Assembly: GCA_040400855.1 (NCBI GenBank)
Contig: JBBAPJ010000002.1
Span: 21,504 to 85,503 of the forward strand
Direction of reading: 5' to 3'
Source: Rubrivivax sp.
GTDB taxonomy: Bacteria; Pseudomonadota; Gammaproteobacteria; Burkholderiales; Burkholderiaceae_C
Length of the DNA: 64,000 nucleotides
Position 1 is the stretch's first letter; each line of letters starts with the position of its first letter. Under the pieces are notes generated by a model. It searched no databases, had not been told where the DNA came from, and saw nothing but the letters and a program-made list of their open reading frames with translations. Of the stretch, positions 1 to 11,324 are shown one piece after another. Position numbers and translations under genes: made by a program.

Positions 1-2
1 GC

Positions 3-632
3 GGTTCGTCCCGGGCGCAAGGGCGGGGCGAGGGTCGAGAGGGTCGAGAGGGTCGAGAGGGTCGAGAGGGTCGAGAGGGTCGTCGCGGGCGACGTGGCCG
101 CCGCGGAGCCGAGGGACGCTACGACCCGCAGGCGGCACCGCTGCCTTCCGGCGCGCCCGAAGGATTCGACGGTGACGAGGAGGAGCCGATCGGCCCCATT
201 CCGAACCCGCTCGTTCAGACCTACGACCGCCGGGCTCTGTCGCAGTCTCGCAAGTCGCGCGAATACGGGGACGACGGCCCCATTCCCAATCCCCTGATGC
301 AGACCTACGACAAGCGTGCGATCCAGGCCGAGAGGCAACCGCGCCGCGAGGTCGACGAGGATGGGCCGATCCCGAACCCGCTCGTGCAGACCTACGACCG
401 CCGTTTCGCCCAACCGGGCACAAAGGCGGGCGGCCCCAAGGCGGGCGCGAAGCCTGGGGGCAAGCCGGGTGGCCCTCGCCGCGGCAAGCCCGGCCGTTCC
501 GCCGGGGCCGCGCCGGGAGCCGAGCGGCAACCCGACCCGATGCGCACCTCAGTGGGTTACATCGGCGCGGACGCCGTGCACCAGAAGGGTCGCGGCGGCG
601 GCAAGGGCGGCCGCCGTGGAGGCAAGCGCTGA
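3..632 (+). CDS. 3' part (5' end outside the window) of a probable rRNA pseudouridine synthase (RluB-like); only the disordered Arg/Gly-rich C-terminal tail is visible
   Basis: Frame 3 is open from the window edge to TGA at 630-632. It ends in [16 protein letters not shown] plus an RGG-like tail. The product call rests on recalled Burkholderiales synteny upstream of ndk; the catalytic domain is not in the window. Confidence 0.55.
   Translation, partial: GSSRAQGRGEGREGREGREGREGREGRRGRRGRRGAEGRYDPQAAPLPSGAPEGFDGDEEEPIGPIPNPLVQTYDRRALSQSRKSREYGDDGPIPNPLMQTYDKRAIQAERQPRREVDEDGPIPNPLVQTYDRRFAQPGTKAGGPKAGAKPGGKPGGPRRGKPGRSAGAAPGAERQPDPMRTSVGYIGADAVHQKGRGGGKGGRRGGKR
30..82 (+). repeat. 9-bp tandem repeat GAGGGTCGA, about 6 copies, encoding (EGR)6
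   Basis: Five perfect copies at 30-74 plus an 8/9 copy at 75-82, in frame with the CDS. Confidence 0.95.
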
Positions 633-676
633 ACCGAAGCCCCCACTGCGCGAGGGCCCGAGCCCCGCAGCCGCAA

Positions 677-682
677 TAGAAT
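677..682 (+). promoter_or_regulatory. Putative sigma70 -10 element (TAGAAT) of ndk
   Basis: TAGAAT about 40 nt upstream of the ndk ATG; CAGGAG Shine-Dalgarno follows. Confidence 0.5.
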
Positions 683-721
683 GCTGGGTTGATTTCACAT
701 CGCACCAGGAGTCGTCTTCAA

Positions 722-1147
722 ATGGCCGTCGAACGCACCCTCTCGATCATCAAGCCCGATGCCGTGGCCAAGAACGTCATCGGGCAGATCTACAGCCGCT
801 TCGAGTCAGCCGGTCTGCGCATCGCCGCCGCCCGCATGATGTGGCTGTCGCAGGCCGAGGCGGAGGCCTTCTACGCCGTGCACAAGGCGCGTCCCTTCTT
901 CGCCGACCTGGTGAAGTTCATGATCTCCGGGCCCGTCATGGTTCAGGTGCTCGAAGGGGAGAACGCGATCGCCCGCAACCGCGAACTGATGGGCGCGACC
1001 GATCCCCGCAAGGCAGACAAGGGCACGATCCGTGCCGACTTTGCGGACAGCATCGACGCCAACGCGGTCCATGGCTCGGACGGGCCGGACACCGCAGCCG
1101 TGGAGATCGCCTTCTTCTTCCCCGGCATGAACACATACAGCCGCTGA
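722..1147 (+). CDS. ndk: Nucleoside diphosphate kinase
   Basis: [16 protein letters not shown]-terminus; NAVHGSD catalytic His motif; 141 aa. Confidence 0.98.
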   Translation: MAVERTLSIIKPDAVAKNVIGQIYSRFESAGLRIAAARMMWLSQAEAEAFYAVHKARPFFADLVKFMISGPVMVQVLEGENAIARNRELMGATDPRKADKGTIRADFADSIDANAVHGSDGPDTAAVEIAFFFPGMNTYSR

Positions 1148-1164
1148 CAGCGACGCCCGCGCCC

Positions 1165-2307
1165 GTGGTCAACCTGCTCGACCTGGATCTCGAAGGGCTG
1201 GTGACCCACTGCGCGGCGTTGGGTGAGAAGCGTTTCCGGGCGGTGCAACTGCACCGCTGGATCCACCAGAAGGGTGAGTCCTCCTTCGACCGGATGACCG
1301 ATCTGGCGCGTCCGCTTCGGGACAAGCTCGCCGGCAGCGCGACGGTCAGGGCGCTGGAGCCTCTGGCCGAGCACGTGTCAGCTGACGGAACGGTCAAGTG
1401 GCTCTTCGACGTCGGCCAGGGCAACGCCGTGGAGACGGTCTTCATCCCGGAGAGTGACCGTGGCACGCTTTGCGTGAGCTCCCAGGCGGGTTGCGCGATC
1501 GGCTGCCGCTTCTGCTCCACCGGCCACCAGGGGTTCAGCCGCAACCTGTCCACGGGCGAGATCGTCGCGCAGCTCTGGTTCGCCGAGCACCGCCTGCGAC
1601 AGCGGCTGGCCAAGCGTGGGGGCGAGCGCGCGATCGACAACGTGGTGATGATGGGCATGGGCGAGCCGCTGCAGAACTACGGCGCACTCGTGCCGGCGCT
1701 GCGCACGATGCTCGACGACCATGGATACGGGCTGTCGCGCCGGCGTGTGACGGTCTCGACCTCAGGCGTCGTGCCGATGATCGACCGGCTGGCCGATGAC
1801 TGCCCGGTTGCGCTGGCGGTGTCCTTGCATGCCCCGGACGATGCGCTGCGCGACGCGCTGGTGCCCCTGAACCGGAAGTACCCCCTGGCAGAGCTCCTGG
1901 CCGCCTGCCGCCGCTACCTGCGTGCGGCCCCGCGGGACTTCATCACCTTCGAGTACTGCATGCTCGATGGCGTCAACGACTCGCTGGAACAGGCGCGTGC
2001 GCTCGTCCGGCTGGTGCGGGGCGAGACGGCCGCCACGCGCGAACCGGTGGCCTGCAAGTTCAACCTGATTCCGTTCAACCCCTTCCCGGCCTCCGGGTTG
2101 CAGCGTTCCCCCATGCCCCGCGTGCAGGCCTTTGCGCAGGTCCTGGCGCAGGCCGGTATCGTCACCACGGTTCGCAAGACCCGCGGAGACGACATCGACG
2201 CGGCGTGCGGTCAGCTGGCAGGCGAGGTGCAGGACCGCACCGAGGTTCACGAGCGACTGCGGCGTGTCCCGGTTCGAGTGGTGGCGGCAGCAGGAGCGGC
2301 CTCGTGA
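1165..2307 (+). CDS. rlmN: Dual-specificity 23S rRNA/tRNA m2A methyltransferase (radical SAM)
   Basis: [18 protein letters not shown] (CxxxCxxC), MGMGEP and DIDAACGQL motifs; follows ndk. Start is approximate (GTG 1165). Confidence 0.95.
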   Translation: MVNLLDLDLEGLVTHCAALGEKRFRAVQLHRWIHQKGESSFDRMTDLARPLRDKLAGSATVRALEPLAEHVSADGTVKWLFDVGQGNAVETVFIPESDRGTLCVSSQAGCAIGCRFCSTGHQGFSRNLSTGEIVAQLWFAEHRLRQRLAKRGGERAIDNVVMMGMGEPLQNYGALVPALRTMLDDHGYGLSRRRVTVSTSGVVPMIDRLADDCPVALAVSLHAPDDALRDALVPLNRKYPLAELLAACRRYLRAAPRDFITFEYCMLDGVNDSLEQARALVRLVRGETAATREPVACKFNLIPFNPFPASGLQRSPMPRVQAFAQVLAQAGIVTTVRKTRGDDIDAACGQLAGEVQDRTEVHERLRRVPVRVVAAAGAAS

Positions 2308-3092
2308 GGCCTGCTGCCTGGGCCGCCGGGCTCGCGCTGGCGGCACTCGCGGCGGGCTGCGGCAGCCCCCCCGGCTCACCTGCGAGAGACCTGCCGACGC
2401 TCTCCGACCAGAGCGAGACCGAGCGTCTGGCGCGGGTGCGGCTCGAGCTGGCCGGCGCCTACTTCAGCCGTGGCCAGAACGCGGTTGCCCTCGACGAGGT
2501 CAAGCTTGCACTGGCCGCGCGACCCGACCTCCCCGAGGCGCTGAACCTGCGCGGCCTCGTCTATGCGGCGATGGGAGAGGCGAAGCTGGCCGAGGAGAGC
2601 TTCCGCCGGGCCCAGCAGGTCGCCCCGGGCGACGCGGACGTGCTCCACAACTACGGCTGGTTCCTGTGCAACCAGTCGCGCTTCGCCGAGGCCGATGCGC
2701 TGTTCCGGCAGGTGCTGGCCCTGCAGGGGCTGCGGGAGGCGGGCCGCACCCAGCTGGCCAGGGGCGTGTGCCTGTCGCGCGCGGGACAGCTGGCAGATGC
2801 CGAGCGGGTGCTGAGTGCAGCCTTCGAGAGTGATCCGGGCAACCTGGCGCTGGCGCTCAACCTGGCAGATGTCCTGTATCGCCGCGGGGAGTGGGACCGG
2901 GCCCGTTTCTACCTGAGAAGGGTCCACTCGCAGCCGGATCAGGGCAACGCGCAGTCGCTGTGGCTGGCCGCCCGCGTCGAGCACCGCAGCGGGCATGCGG
3001 CAGCTCGCGACAGGCTCGGGCAGGAACTGGTCAGGCGCTTCCCCCAGTCGCGCGAGGCGCTGTTGTGGGAGAAGGGGCGTTTCGATGAGTGA
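2304..3092 (+). CDS. pilW: Type IV pilus biogenesis/stability TPR lipoprotein PilW/PilF
   Basis: Lipobox LAAGC, TPR repeats with HNYGWFLC; GTGA overlap with the rlmN stop; conserved position. Confidence 0.88.
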   Translation: MRPAAWAAGLALAALAAGCGSPPGSPARDLPTLSDQSETERLARVRLELAGAYFSRGQNAVALDEVKLALAARPDLPEALNLRGLVYAAMGEAKLAEESFRRAQQVAPGDADVLHNYGWFLCNQSRFAEADALFRQVLALQGLREAGRTQLARGVCLSRAGQLADAERVLSAAFESDPGNLALALNLADVLYRRGEWDRARFYLRRVHSQPDQGNAQSLWLAARVEHRSGHAAARDRLGQELVRRFPQSREALLWEKGRFDE

Positions 3093-3891
3093 GCCGTCGC
3101 AGGACAACCGCCAGCTGGGCCCCACCGCCGGTACGCTGCTGCGCGAGGCCCGGCAGGCCCGCGGTGTGCACCTGACTGCCCTGTCGGCGTCCCTCAAGGT
3201 CGCGCCAGCCAGACTGGAGGCGATGGAGGCCGACCGCTGGAACGAACTTCCCGATGCCGCCTATGCGCGTGCGCTGGCGCACACGGTGAGCCGGGCGCTC
3301 GGTATCGATCCTGAACCGGTGATGCGCAGCCTGCCTGCGGCATCCCAGCCCAGGCTCGAGTCGCTCGACGAGGGCCTGGACCAGCCCTTCCGGGACCGGC
3401 CGGCGGGGTCGGCGCCGCAGCGGCGTCGCCATCGTCTTTCGATCGTCGCCCTGGGGCTCGTGCTGGCTCTGGGCGTGTGGTGGTTCCTGAACGGTCAGGT
3501 CGAACCGCCGCCGCGCGCGTTGCCGACGGGGTCGGGGGAGGCTGCTCCTGCGGCGCCACCTGCGCTGCCCGCTTCGTCTGCGCCCACCTCCGGGCTGCCG
3601 CCTGCGGTCACGGCAGCCTTGCCCTTGGCTGCCGGGGCCAGCGCGAGTGCGGCCTCACCGTCGCTCCTGATCTCCGCAACCCAGGCGTCCTGGATCGAGA
3701 TCCGCGACGCGCAGGGTCAGGTGGCGTTGCAGCGAATGCTGGCCGCAGGCGAGGGGATCGAGTTGCGCGCCCCCACGCCTGGCACCCTGACGGTGGGCAA
3801 CGCGGCGGGAACACTCGTCAGGCTGGGGGGGCAGCCCATCGACCTGGCGCGCGTGTCGCGCGAGAATGTGGCGCGCATCGAACTTCGCTGA
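3085..3891 (+). CDS. rodZ: RodZ-like protein (HTH, TM segment, DUF4115-type C-terminal domain)
   Basis: N-terminal HTH ([12 protein letters not shown]...LEAMEADRW), one TM segment, C-terminal SWIEIRD...GNAAG; lies between pilW and ispG. Confidence 0.8.
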   Translation: MSEPSQDNRQLGPTAGTLLREARQARGVHLTALSASLKVAPARLEAMEADRWNELPDAAYARALAHTVSRALGIDPEPVMRSLPAASQPRLESLDEGLDQPFRDRPAGSAPQRRRHRLSIVALGLVLALGVWWFLNGQVEPPPRALPTGSGEAAPAAPPALPASSAPTSGLPPAVTAALPLAAGASASAASPSLLISATQASWIEIRDAQGQVALQRMLAAGEGIELRAPTPGTLTVGNAAGTLVRLGGQPIDLARVSRENVARIELR

Positions 3892-3898
3892 AGGCCTC

Positions 3899-5176
3899 AT
3901 GTCCATGCACGCTTCGCACTCCTTCATCGAGCCCGCCGCACCGGCGCCGCGTCGGTCCCTGCAGGTTCCAGTGGTCTGGGGCTCGCGAGTGGTGACGATG
4001 GGGGGCGACGCCCCCGTGCGGGTGCAGTCGATGACCAACACCGACACCGTGGATGTCATCGAGACCGCCATCCAGGTGAAGGAGTTGGCGCAGGCAGGCT
4101 CCGAAGTCGTGCGCATCACGGTCAACACGCCCGAGGCCGCGCAGGCCGTGCCGCACATCCGCGACCAGCTCGACCGCATGGGAATCGACGTGCCGCTGGT
4201 GGGCGACTTCCACTACAACGGCCACACCCTGCTCACCCAGTACCCGGCCTGTGCGCAGGCGCTGAGCAAGTACCGCATCAATCCGGGCAATGTCGGCAAG
4301 GGTCGCAAGCGTGACCAGCAGTTTGCCCAGATGATCGAGGCCGCGATGCGGCACGACAAGCCAGTTCGTATCGGGGTCAACTGGGGCAGCCTCGACCAGG
4401 AGCTGCTGGCGTCCATGATGGACGAGAACGGGTCGCGGGCCGAGCCCTGGACAGCGAAGCAGGTGATGTACCAGGCGCTCGTGCATTCGGCCCTGCAATC
4501 CGCCCAGGAGGCGCGTGACCTGGGACTGGGTGCCGACCGCATCATCCTGAGCTGCAAGGTCAGCGGTGTGCAGGACCTGATCACGGTCTACCGGGAACTG
4601 GCCCGCCGCTGCGAGTACGCGCTGCACCTGGGCCTGACCGAGGCCGGCATGGGCACCAAGGGGACCGTGGCCTCGGCCACCGCCCTGGCCGTGCTGCTCG
4701 AGGAAGGGATCGGGGACACCATCCGCGTGAGCCTGACGCCCCAGCCGGGGGAGTCGCGCACGCAGGAGGTCCTGGTCGCCCTCGAGATCCTGCAGTCCCT
4801 CGGTCTGCGTGTCTTCAACCCGAGCGTCACCGCCTGTCCGGGCTGCGGCCGCACCACGAGCACGACCTTCCAGGAGCTCGCCAAGCAGATCGATGACCAC
4901 CTGCGGGCGATGATGCCGGTGTGGAAGGCCCGCTACCCGGGCGTCGAGACACTGAAGGTGGCGGTGATGGGCTGCATCGTCAACGGTCCTGGGGAAAGCA
5001 AGCATGCCGACATCGGCATCAGCTTGCCAGGTACGGGCGAGACCCCGGCCGCCCCCGTCTTCATCGACGGCGAGAAGGCGATGACGTTGCGCGGTGAGGG
5101 CATCGCGCACGAGTTCCACCAGATCGTCGAACGCTACATCGAGCAGCGCTTCGGGGGCGCCACGGCCCAGGCCTGA
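3899..5176 (+). CDS. ispG: 4-hydroxy-3-methylbut-2-en-1-yl diphosphate synthase
   Basis: [33 protein letters not shown] and [10 protein letters not shown] motifs. Confidence 0.97.
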   Translation: MSMHASHSFIEPAAPAPRRSLQVPVVWGSRVVTMGGDAPVRVQSMTNTDTVDVIETAIQVKELAQAGSEVVRITVNTPEAAQAVPHIRDQLDRMGIDVPLVGDFHYNGHTLLTQYPACAQALSKYRINPGNVGKGRKRDQQFAQMIEAAMRHDKPVRIGVNWGSLDQELLASMMDENGSRAEPWTAKQVMYQALVHSALQSAQEARDLGLGADRIILSCKVSGVQDLITVYRELARRCEYALHLGLTEAGMGTKGTVASATALAVLLEEGIGDTIRVSLTPQPGESRTQEVLVALEILQSLGLRVFNPSVTACPGCGRTTSTTFQELAKQIDDHLRAMMPVWKARYPGVETLKVAVMGCIVNGPGESKHADIGISLPGTGETPAAPVFIDGEKAMTLRGEGIAHEFHQIVERYIEQRFGGATAQA

Positions 5177-5236
5177 AGGCGCGGCCCCCGAGTTCCACGC
5201 ACCGAACCAGACACGGCGCACAGGCGCCGATCGACC

Positions 5237-6553
5237 ATGTCCGAATCGAAGGGGGCGCAGGCGCCCGCCAAACCCGCGCTGCGCGCGGTCAAGGGAATGA
5301 ACGACATCCTGCCGCCGGCGTCCCGGCAGTGGGAGTGGTTCGAGGAGGCCGTCTGCCGAGTCATGAGTCGGTATGGCTACCGTCAGGTGCGCACGCCCAT
5401 CGTCGAGCCCACCGCGCTCTTCGTGCGCGGGCTCGGGGAGGTCACCGACATCGTCGAGAAGGAGATGTACTCCTTCACCGACAGCCTGAATGGCGATGCC
5501 CTGACGCTGCGGCCGGAGAACACCGCCGGCGTGGTTCGCGCGGCCATCGAGCACAACCTGCTCTACGACGGCGGCAAGCGTCTGTTCTACGTCGGACCGA
5601 TGTTCCGCCACGAGCGGCCGCAGCGCGGGCGCTACCGCCAGTTCCACCAGGTGGGCGTCGAGGCCCTGGGCTTTCCGGGGCCGGAGGTGGACGCGGAGGT
5701 GATCCTGATGGTGCGCGCGCTGTGGCGCGAACTGGGGCTGGAGGGCGTACAGCTCCAGCTCAACAGCCTGGGCCAGTTGCAGGAGCGCCACGCCCATCGC
5801 GCAGCCCTCATCGCCCACTTCGAGCGGAACCAGGACATCCTGGACGCGGATGCGCGCCGGCGTCTGCATACCAACCCGCTGCGCATCCTGGACACCAAGA
5901 ACCCGGCCCTGCGGGAGGTGGTCGAGGCCGCGCCGCGCCTGATGGACTACCTGGGAGAGGCGTCGCTGCGCCACTTCGAGACCGTGTGCTCGATTCTGGA
6001 GCGTGCGGGCCAGCGCTACGAGCTGAACCCGCGTCTGGTGCGCGGCATGGACTACTACAACCTCACCGTGTTCGAGTGGGTCACGGATCGCCTGGGTGCG
6101 CAGGGCACGCTATGCGGGGGCGGGCGCTACGACACGCTCGTGGAGATGCTCGGCGGACGTCCCGCCCCGGGCATCGGCTGGGGTCTGGGGATCGAGCGCG
6201 TGCTCGAGTTGCTGGCCGAGACGGGCCTGCAGGCACCTGCGCAGGTACCCGACGCCTACTGTGTCGTGGCCGACGCACACGACCTGCCGGCGGCCACGGC
6301 CCTGGCCGAGGAGCTGCGTGCGACGGGCCTGTGCGTGGTGCTGCACGCGGGTGGCGCTGACGGCCCCGGCAGCATGAAGAGCCAGTTCCGGCGTGCCGAC
6401 GCGAGCGGCGCCCGGTTTGCGCTTGTCCTGGGGGAGACGGAGCGACAGGCCGGACAGGTCGGCGTCAAGCCGTTGCGCCAGCCCGGCGCCCAACAGACGC
6501 TGCGGCCTTTGGGCAACCCGGCGCAGTGGGCGCACGAGTTGCGCGAAGCATAA
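5237..6553 (+). CDS. hisS: Histidine--tRNA ligase
   Basis: [28 protein letters not shown] and GGGRYD motifs. Confidence 0.97.
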   Translation: MSESKGAQAPAKPALRAVKGMNDILPPASRQWEWFEEAVCRVMSRYGYRQVRTPIVEPTALFVRGLGEVTDIVEKEMYSFTDSLNGDALTLRPENTAGVVRAAIEHNLLYDGGKRLFYVGPMFRHERPQRGRYRQFHQVGVEALGFPGPEVDAEVILMVRALWRELGLEGVQLQLNSLGQLQERHAHRAALIAHFERNQDILDADARRRLHTNPLRILDTKNPALREVVEAAPRLMDYLGEASLRHFETVCSILERAGQRYELNPRLVRGMDYYNLTVFEWVTDRLGAQGTLCGGGRYDTLVEMLGGRPAPGIGWGLGIERVLELLAETGLQAPAQVPDAYCVVADAHDLPAATALAEELRATGLCVVLHAGGADGPGSMKSQFRRADASGARFALVLGETERQAGQVGVKPLRQPGAQQTLRPLGNPAQWAHELREA

Positions 6554-6578
6554 TCGCCGATTCCCGAAAGCTCGACAC

Positions 6579-7241
6579 ATGGCCACCTCCCTCGACCTGC
6601 AAGAGCAGGAACAAGTCGACGCCCTGAAGGCGTTCTGGCAGCGCTACGGCAACCTCATCACCTGGGTGCTGATCCTGGTGCTGGGCGCCTTCGCGGCCTG
6701 GAACGGCTGGCAGCTCTACCAGCGCAAGCAGGCCGAGCAGGCGGGCGCGATGTTCGACGAACTCGATCGTGCCGCCGCGGCCGCCGATGTCGACAAGGCG
6801 GCCCGCGTGTTCGCCGACCTCAAGGACCGTTATCCGAGCACGGTCTACGCCCAGCAGGGTGGGCTCGTCGCCGCCAAGGCGCAGCTCGACAAGGGCAAGC
6901 CCGACGATGCGCGAGCCACCCTTTCATGGGTGGCCGACAAGGGCGGCAATGAGGATCTGGCCGCCCTGGCGCGGCTGCGACTGGCCGGTCTCCTGATGGA
7001 CGCGAAGAAGTACGACGAGGCCCTGGCGCAGCTCGATGCCTCGAAGCTGGGCGCCTTTGCTGCCCTGGGAGCGGATCGCCGTGGCGACGTCATGGCGGCT
7101 CAGGGCCGCGCCTCCGACGCCGTGACCGCCTATCAGGCTGCTTGGAAGGAGCTGCCGGAGTCTCTGGACTACCGGCGACTCGTGGAGGCCAAGCTGACAG
7201 CGCTCGGAGCGGCGCCGCCGGCCTCGGGAGCCTCCAAGTGA
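6579..7241 (+). CDS. yfgM: YfgM family ancillary SecYEG subunit / TPR membrane protein
   Basis: MATSLDLQEQEQVDALKAFW N-terminus, TM helix, TPR-like domain; lies between hisS and bamB. Confidence 0.85.
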   Translation: MATSLDLQEQEQVDALKAFWQRYGNLITWVLILVLGAFAAWNGWQLYQRKQAEQAGAMFDELDRAAAAADVDKAARVFADLKDRYPSTVYAQQGGLVAAKAQLDKGKPDDARATLSWVADKGGNEDLAALARLRLAGLLMDAKKYDEALAQLDASKLGAFAALGADRRGDVMAAQGRASDAVTAYQAAWKELPESLDYRRLVEAKLTALGAAPPASGASK

Positions 7242-8380
7242 GCTCCACGCCTGGCCCTTGGGTTCGGGCGGCCACTCGCCGGGCGTGCATGCTCGCCGCC
7301 GCTGCCTTGCTCGCCGTGGGCTGCGCCAGCGACAAGCCCAAGCCCACACCCTTGCAGGAACTGACGCCCAAGATCGACGGCAGACAGGTCTGGCGCGCCC
7401 AGCTCGACCGGGTCTCGTTTCCTCTGACGCCGGCCGTTCGCGAAGGCCGCGTCTTCGTGGCCGGCGACAGCGGGGTCGTCCGGGCCATCGATGCGCTCTC
7501 GGGCGTGGCAGCCTGGGAGGCCAACGTGGGCAGCCGCATCGCCGCAGGCGTGGGCAGCGATGGCCGGCGCGCAGCCGTGGTGACGCGCGACAACGAACTC
7601 GTGGTGCTCGACGAGGGCCGGGTGCGCTGGCGCGCCCGGCTCCCCGCGCGGGTCGTGACTTCCCCCCTGGTGGCCGGCGAGCGGGTGTTCGTCATGATGG
7701 TCAACCGCGTCGTGCACGCCTTCGATGCGGATGGCGGCCAGCGCCTGTGGATCTTCGATCGGCCCAGCGACGCGCTCACCTTGGGTCAGGCCAGTGTGCT
7801 GGCCGCGTTTCGCGACACGCTCCTGGTGGGGCAGGGCTCGCGCCTGACTGGCTTGGATCCGCTGCGGGGCACGGTGCGCTGGGAGGCCGCGCTGGCCAAC
7901 CCGCGTGGGGCCAACGAGGTCGAGCGGCTCGCCGATCTGGTGGGGCCTGCGGTCAGGGTGGGCAACCTGGTGTGCGCGCGTGCCTTTCAGGCGGGGGTCG
8001 GTTGCGCCGACGCCGACCGGGGCACGACTGCGTGGACACGCACCCTGGGAGGATGGCAGTCCGTGGGCGGCGACGATCAGGTGCTGGTGGCCGCCGATGC
8101 CTCCGACCGGATCACCGCGTGGAAGCTGCTGGATGGCGGATCGTTGTGGTCCTCCGAGCGGCTGCTGTACCGGGAACTGGGCGGCTTCGCCGTGGCCGGC
8201 CGGGTCGCGGTGGCCGGCGATGCGCAGGGCATCGTGCACTTCCTGGACAAGCTCACGGGTGAGCCGTTGCTGCGCTTGCCCACCGATGGCTCGGCGGTCG
8301 TGGGCCCCCCTGCGCTGGCCGGCACGACTCTCGTGGTCGTGACGCGCGCCGGCGGGGTCTTCGGCTTCAGGCCGCAATAG
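7238..8380 (+). CDS. bamB: Outer membrane protein assembly factor BamB (PQQ-like beta-propeller lipoprotein)
   Basis: Lipobox AVGC, repeated PQQ-type W motifs, ERLADLVG; synteny. Confidence 0.9.
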   Translation: MSSTPGPWVRAATRRACMLAAAALLAVGCASDKPKPTPLQELTPKIDGRQVWRAQLDRVSFPLTPAVREGRVFVAGDSGVVRAIDALSGVAAWEANVGSRIAAGVGSDGRRAAVVTRDNELVVLDEGRVRWRARLPARVVTSPLVAGERVFVMMVNRVVHAFDADGGQRLWIFDRPSDALTLGQASVLAAFRDTLLVGQGSRLTGLDPLRGTVRWEAALANPRGANEVERLADLVGPAVRVGNLVCARAFQAGVGCADADRGTTAWTRTLGGWQSVGGDDQVLVAADASDRITAWKLLDGGSLWSSERLLYRELGGFAVAGRVAVAGDAQGIVHFLDKLTGEPLLRLPTDGSAVVGPPALAGTTLVVVTRAGGVFGFRPQ

Positions 8381-8395
8381 CGTGGGCAGGTGCCT

Positions 8396-9739
8396 ATGCA
8401 GCCGGTGATCGCGATCGTCGGCAGGCCCAACGTGGGCAAGTCGACGCTGTTCAACCGGCTCACGAAGAGCCGCGATGCGATCGTCGCCGATCTCCCCGGC
8501 CTGACCCGCGACCGGCACTATGGCCAGGCGCGGCTGGGCAACCGTCGATTCATCGTCATCGACACCGGTGGTTTCGAGCCCGACAGCTCCACCGGCATCG
8601 TGCGCGAGATGGCGCGCCAGACGCGCCAGGCGGTGGCCGAGGCGGATGCCGTCATCTTCGTGGTGGACGCGCGCGCCGGACTCTCGGCGCAGGATCACGA
8701 CATTGCGCGCTACCTGCGCACCGAGCGCAAGCGCGTCGTGCTCGCAGCCAACAAGGCCGAGGGCATGCAGGATTCGCCCGCGCTGGCCGAGTTCCATGAG
8801 CTGGGTATTGGCGAGCCGATGCCCGTTTCCTCGGCGCACGGGCAAGGCATCCGCAGCCTGGCGCAGGCAGTGCTGGAGGACCTTGGCGCTCCGGACGAGG
8901 AGGACGACGCCGAGACCGGACCTGGGCCCGACGCACCGATCCGGCTGGCAGTGGCCGGTCGCCCCAACGCGGGGAAGTCCACGCTGATCAACACCTGGCT
9001 CGGCGAGGAGCGGCTGGTGGCCTTCGACCAGCCCGGCACGACGCGCGACGCCATCCACGTCCCCTTCGAGCGCGCAGGTCGGCGCTACGAGCTGGTGGAC
9101 ACTGCAGGGCTGCGGCGCAAGGGCCGCGTGTTCGAGGCTGTCGAGAAGTTCTCGGTGGTGAAGACGCTGCAGGCCATCTCGGAGGCCCACGTCGTGGTGC
9201 TGCTGCTGGACGCGACCCAGGGCGTGGGCGACCAGGACGCCCACATCGCCGGCTACGTCGTCGAATCGGGCCGAGCTCTGGTGGTGGCGGTCAACAAGTG
9301 GGATGCGCTGGACCGTTATGCGCGTGAATTGCTGTCCCGCCAGCTCGAGCAGAGGCTGGCGTTCCTGCCCTTTGCCCAGGTGTTGCACATCTCTGCACTC
9401 AAGCGCCAGGGTCTCGGGCCGCTTTGGACGGCCATCGAGGCTGCCCATGCTTCGGCCACGCGAAAGCTCCCCACGCCTGTGCTGACCCGGCTCCTGCACG
9501 AGGCCGTGGAGCAGCAGCAGCCGCCGCGCGCCGGGCGCTTCCGGCCCAAGCTCCGATATGCGCACCAGGGCGGCATGAATCCCCCGGTCGTGGTGGTCCA
9601 CGGAACGTCGCTGGACCACGTAGGGGCTTCGTACCGCCGTTACCTCGAAGGCCGCATCCGGGCGCACTTCGCACTGGTGGGCACGCCGCTGCGCATCCAG
9701 ATGCGCTCGGCCTCCAACCCCTTCGACGAGCGCGATTGA
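8396..9739 (+). CDS. der: Ribosome biogenesis GTPase Der (EngA)
   Basis: Two P-loops ([16 protein letters not shown]), DTGG/DTAG, NKWD, KH-like C-terminus. Confidence 0.97.
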   Translation: MQPVIAIVGRPNVGKSTLFNRLTKSRDAIVADLPGLTRDRHYGQARLGNRRFIVIDTGGFEPDSSTGIVREMARQTRQAVAEADAVIFVVDARAGLSAQDHDIARYLRTERKRVVLAANKAEGMQDSPALAEFHELGIGEPMPVSSAHGQGIRSLAQAVLEDLGAPDEEDDAETGPGPDAPIRLAVAGRPNAGKSTLINTWLGEERLVAFDQPGTTRDAIHVPFERAGRRYELVDTAGLRRKGRVFEAVEKFSVVKTLQAISEAHVVVLLLDATQGVGDQDAHIAGYVVESGRALVVAVNKWDALDRYARELLSRQLEQRLAFLPFAQVLHISALKRQGLGPLWTAIEAAHASATRKLPTPVLTRLLHEAVEQQQPPRAGRFRPKLRYAHQGGMNPPVVVVHGTSLDHVGASYRRYLEGRIRAHFALVGTPLRIQMRSASNPFDERD

Positions 9740-9759
9740 GCCGCCTGCACGGGGCTGTC

Positions 9760-9787
9760 CTTGCAATCGGCAGGGCCAACCCCATGT
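9760..9787 (+). promoter_or_regulatory. Putative sigma32 (RpoH) promoter of hfq-hflX-hflKC
   Basis: CTTGCAA (9760-9766) - 13 nt - CCCCATGT (9780-9787), close to the consensus CTTGAAA-N13/14-CCCCATNT. Confidence 0.7.
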
Positions 9788-9826
9788 GGTAACGTCAGAG
9801 TCTTCCCATCAATCACGGAGCATATC

Positions 9827-10069
9827 GTGAGCAACAAAGGCCAGCTGCTGCAGGATCCTTTCCTCAATCTGCTGCGCAAGGAGCACATCCCGGTGTCGAT
9901 CTACCTGGTCAACGGGATCAAGCTGCAAGGGCACATCGAGTCCTTCGACCAGTACGTGGTGCTGCTGCGCAACACGGTGACGCAGATGGTCTACAAGCAC
10001 GCCATCTCCACCGTGGTGCCCGGGCGCGCCGTGAACTTCCACGCCAACGAGCCAGGCGAGTCGGGCTGA
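9827..10069 (+). CDS. hfq: RNA chaperone Hfq
   Basis: GTG start after GGAG; [13 protein letters not shown]...[10 protein letters not shown]...VYKHAIST. Confidence 0.98.
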   Translation: MSNKGQLLQDPFLNLLRKEHIPVSIYLVNGIKLQGHIESFDQYVVLLRNTVTQMVYKHAISTVVPGRAVNFHANEPGESG

Positions 10070-10115
10070 ACCGCCCGAGTTCTCGCCTGCGACCCAACGA
10101 GCGGGCACTTCCGAT

Positions 10116-11309
10116 TTGAACCGCAACCTGGCCGTATCCGAGCCGACCGTAGAGCCGCCGCCGAGAGCCGTCCTCGTAGGCGTGGATGTGGCCGGAGCGT
10201 CGGGCTTCGACCCCAGCCTCGAGGAGCTGGCGCTGCTGGCTGCCTCGGCGGGAGACGAGCCCGTGGCGCGCGTCACGGCGCGGCGCAAGACGCCCGACGC
10301 CGCGCTCTTCGTGGGCTCGGGCAAAGCCGACGAGATCCGCGAGATCGTGCAGGGCACGGGCGCGCACGGGGTCATCTTCGACCAGAGCCTGTCGCCCGTG
10401 CAGCAGCGCAACCTCGAGCGGCACCTCGGCGTGCCGGTTGCCGACCGCACCGGGCTGATCCTCGACATCTTCGCGGCCCGCGCACAGAGCCACGAGGGCA
10501 AGCTGCAGGTCGAGCTGGCCCGCCTGCAGTACCTGTCGACCCGTCTGGTGCGTCGCTGGTCCCACCTGGAGCGTCAGCGAGGCGGCATCGGCACCCGCGG
10601 CGGGCCGGGCGAGACCCAGATCGAGCTCGACCGCCGCATGATCGGCGAGCGCATCAAGTCGCTCAAGGTTCGGCTGGAGAAGGTGCAGCGGCAACGCGGC
10701 ACGCAGCGCCGGGCACGCCTGCGCAGCGGGACCTTCCGCGTATCCCTGGTGGGCTACACCAACGCCGGGAAGTCCACGCTCTTCAACGCCCTCGTCAAGG
10801 CCCGTACGCTGGAGGCCGACCAGCTCTTCGCGACACTGGACACGACCACGCGCGCCATGTGGCTGGAGCAAGCCGGGCAGGCCGTGTCGCTGTCCGACAC
10901 GGTGGGCTTCATCCGCGAACTGCCGCACCGCCTGGTCGAGGCCTTCAAGGCCACCCTGGTGGAGGCGGTGGAGGCCGACCTGCTGCTGCACGTGGTGGAC
11001 GCCTCGAGCCCGGTTGCCGCCGAGCAGCAGGAGCAGGTGGCACAGGTGCTCCAGGAGATCGGAGCGGCTGACGTGCCGCAGATCCTGGTCTTCAACAAGA
11101 TCGACCTGCTCGAGCCCTCGCAGCTGCCGCGCGTGTGGCACGACGAGATCGAGTCCGGACCGGGCGCGCGCACCCCTCGGGTGTTCGTCAGCGCACGTGA
11201 CGGCCGCGGCCTGCCGGAATTGCGCGAATTGGTGGCCCAGGCCCTGCTGGCCGGGCGCTCCGCGCGATCCGTGGTCTCCCCTGATTCCCGCTTCGAGCCC
11301 GCTCACTAG
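10116..11309 (+). CDS. hflX: Ribosome rescue GTPase HflX
   Basis: LILDIFAARA, GPGETQIELDRR, GYTNAGKS, DTVGF and NKID motifs. Confidence 0.96.
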   Translation: MNRNLAVSEPTVEPPPRAVLVGVDVAGASGFDPSLEELALLAASAGDEPVARVTARRKTPDAALFVGSGKADEIREIVQGTGAHGVIFDQSLSPVQQRNLERHLGVPVADRTGLILDIFAARAQSHEGKLQVELARLQYLSTRLVRRWSHLERQRGGIGTRGGPGETQIELDRRMIGERIKSLKVRLEKVQRQRGTQRRARLRSGTFRVSLVGYTNAGKSTLFNALVKARTLEADQLFATLDTTTRAMWLEQAGQAVSLSDTVGFIRELPHRLVEAFKATLVEAVEADLLLHVVDASSPVAAEQQEQVAQVLQEIGAADVPQILVFNKIDLLEPSQLPRVWHDEIESGPGARTPRVFVSARDGRGLPELRELVAQALLAGRSARSVVSPDSRFEPAH

Positions 11310-11324
11310 GCGTGCTCCCGACGC

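Noticed and set aside
30-404. Repeats at the window start as a possible CRISPR array
   Set aside because: The repeats are in-frame coding units with synonymous variation. There are no identical direct repeats with unique spacers and no cas genes.
316-1164. Apparent 283-aa N-terminal extension of rlmN in the ORF track
   Set aside because: It overlaps ndk and the upstream gene in another frame. RlmN similarity starts near 1165; no fusion.
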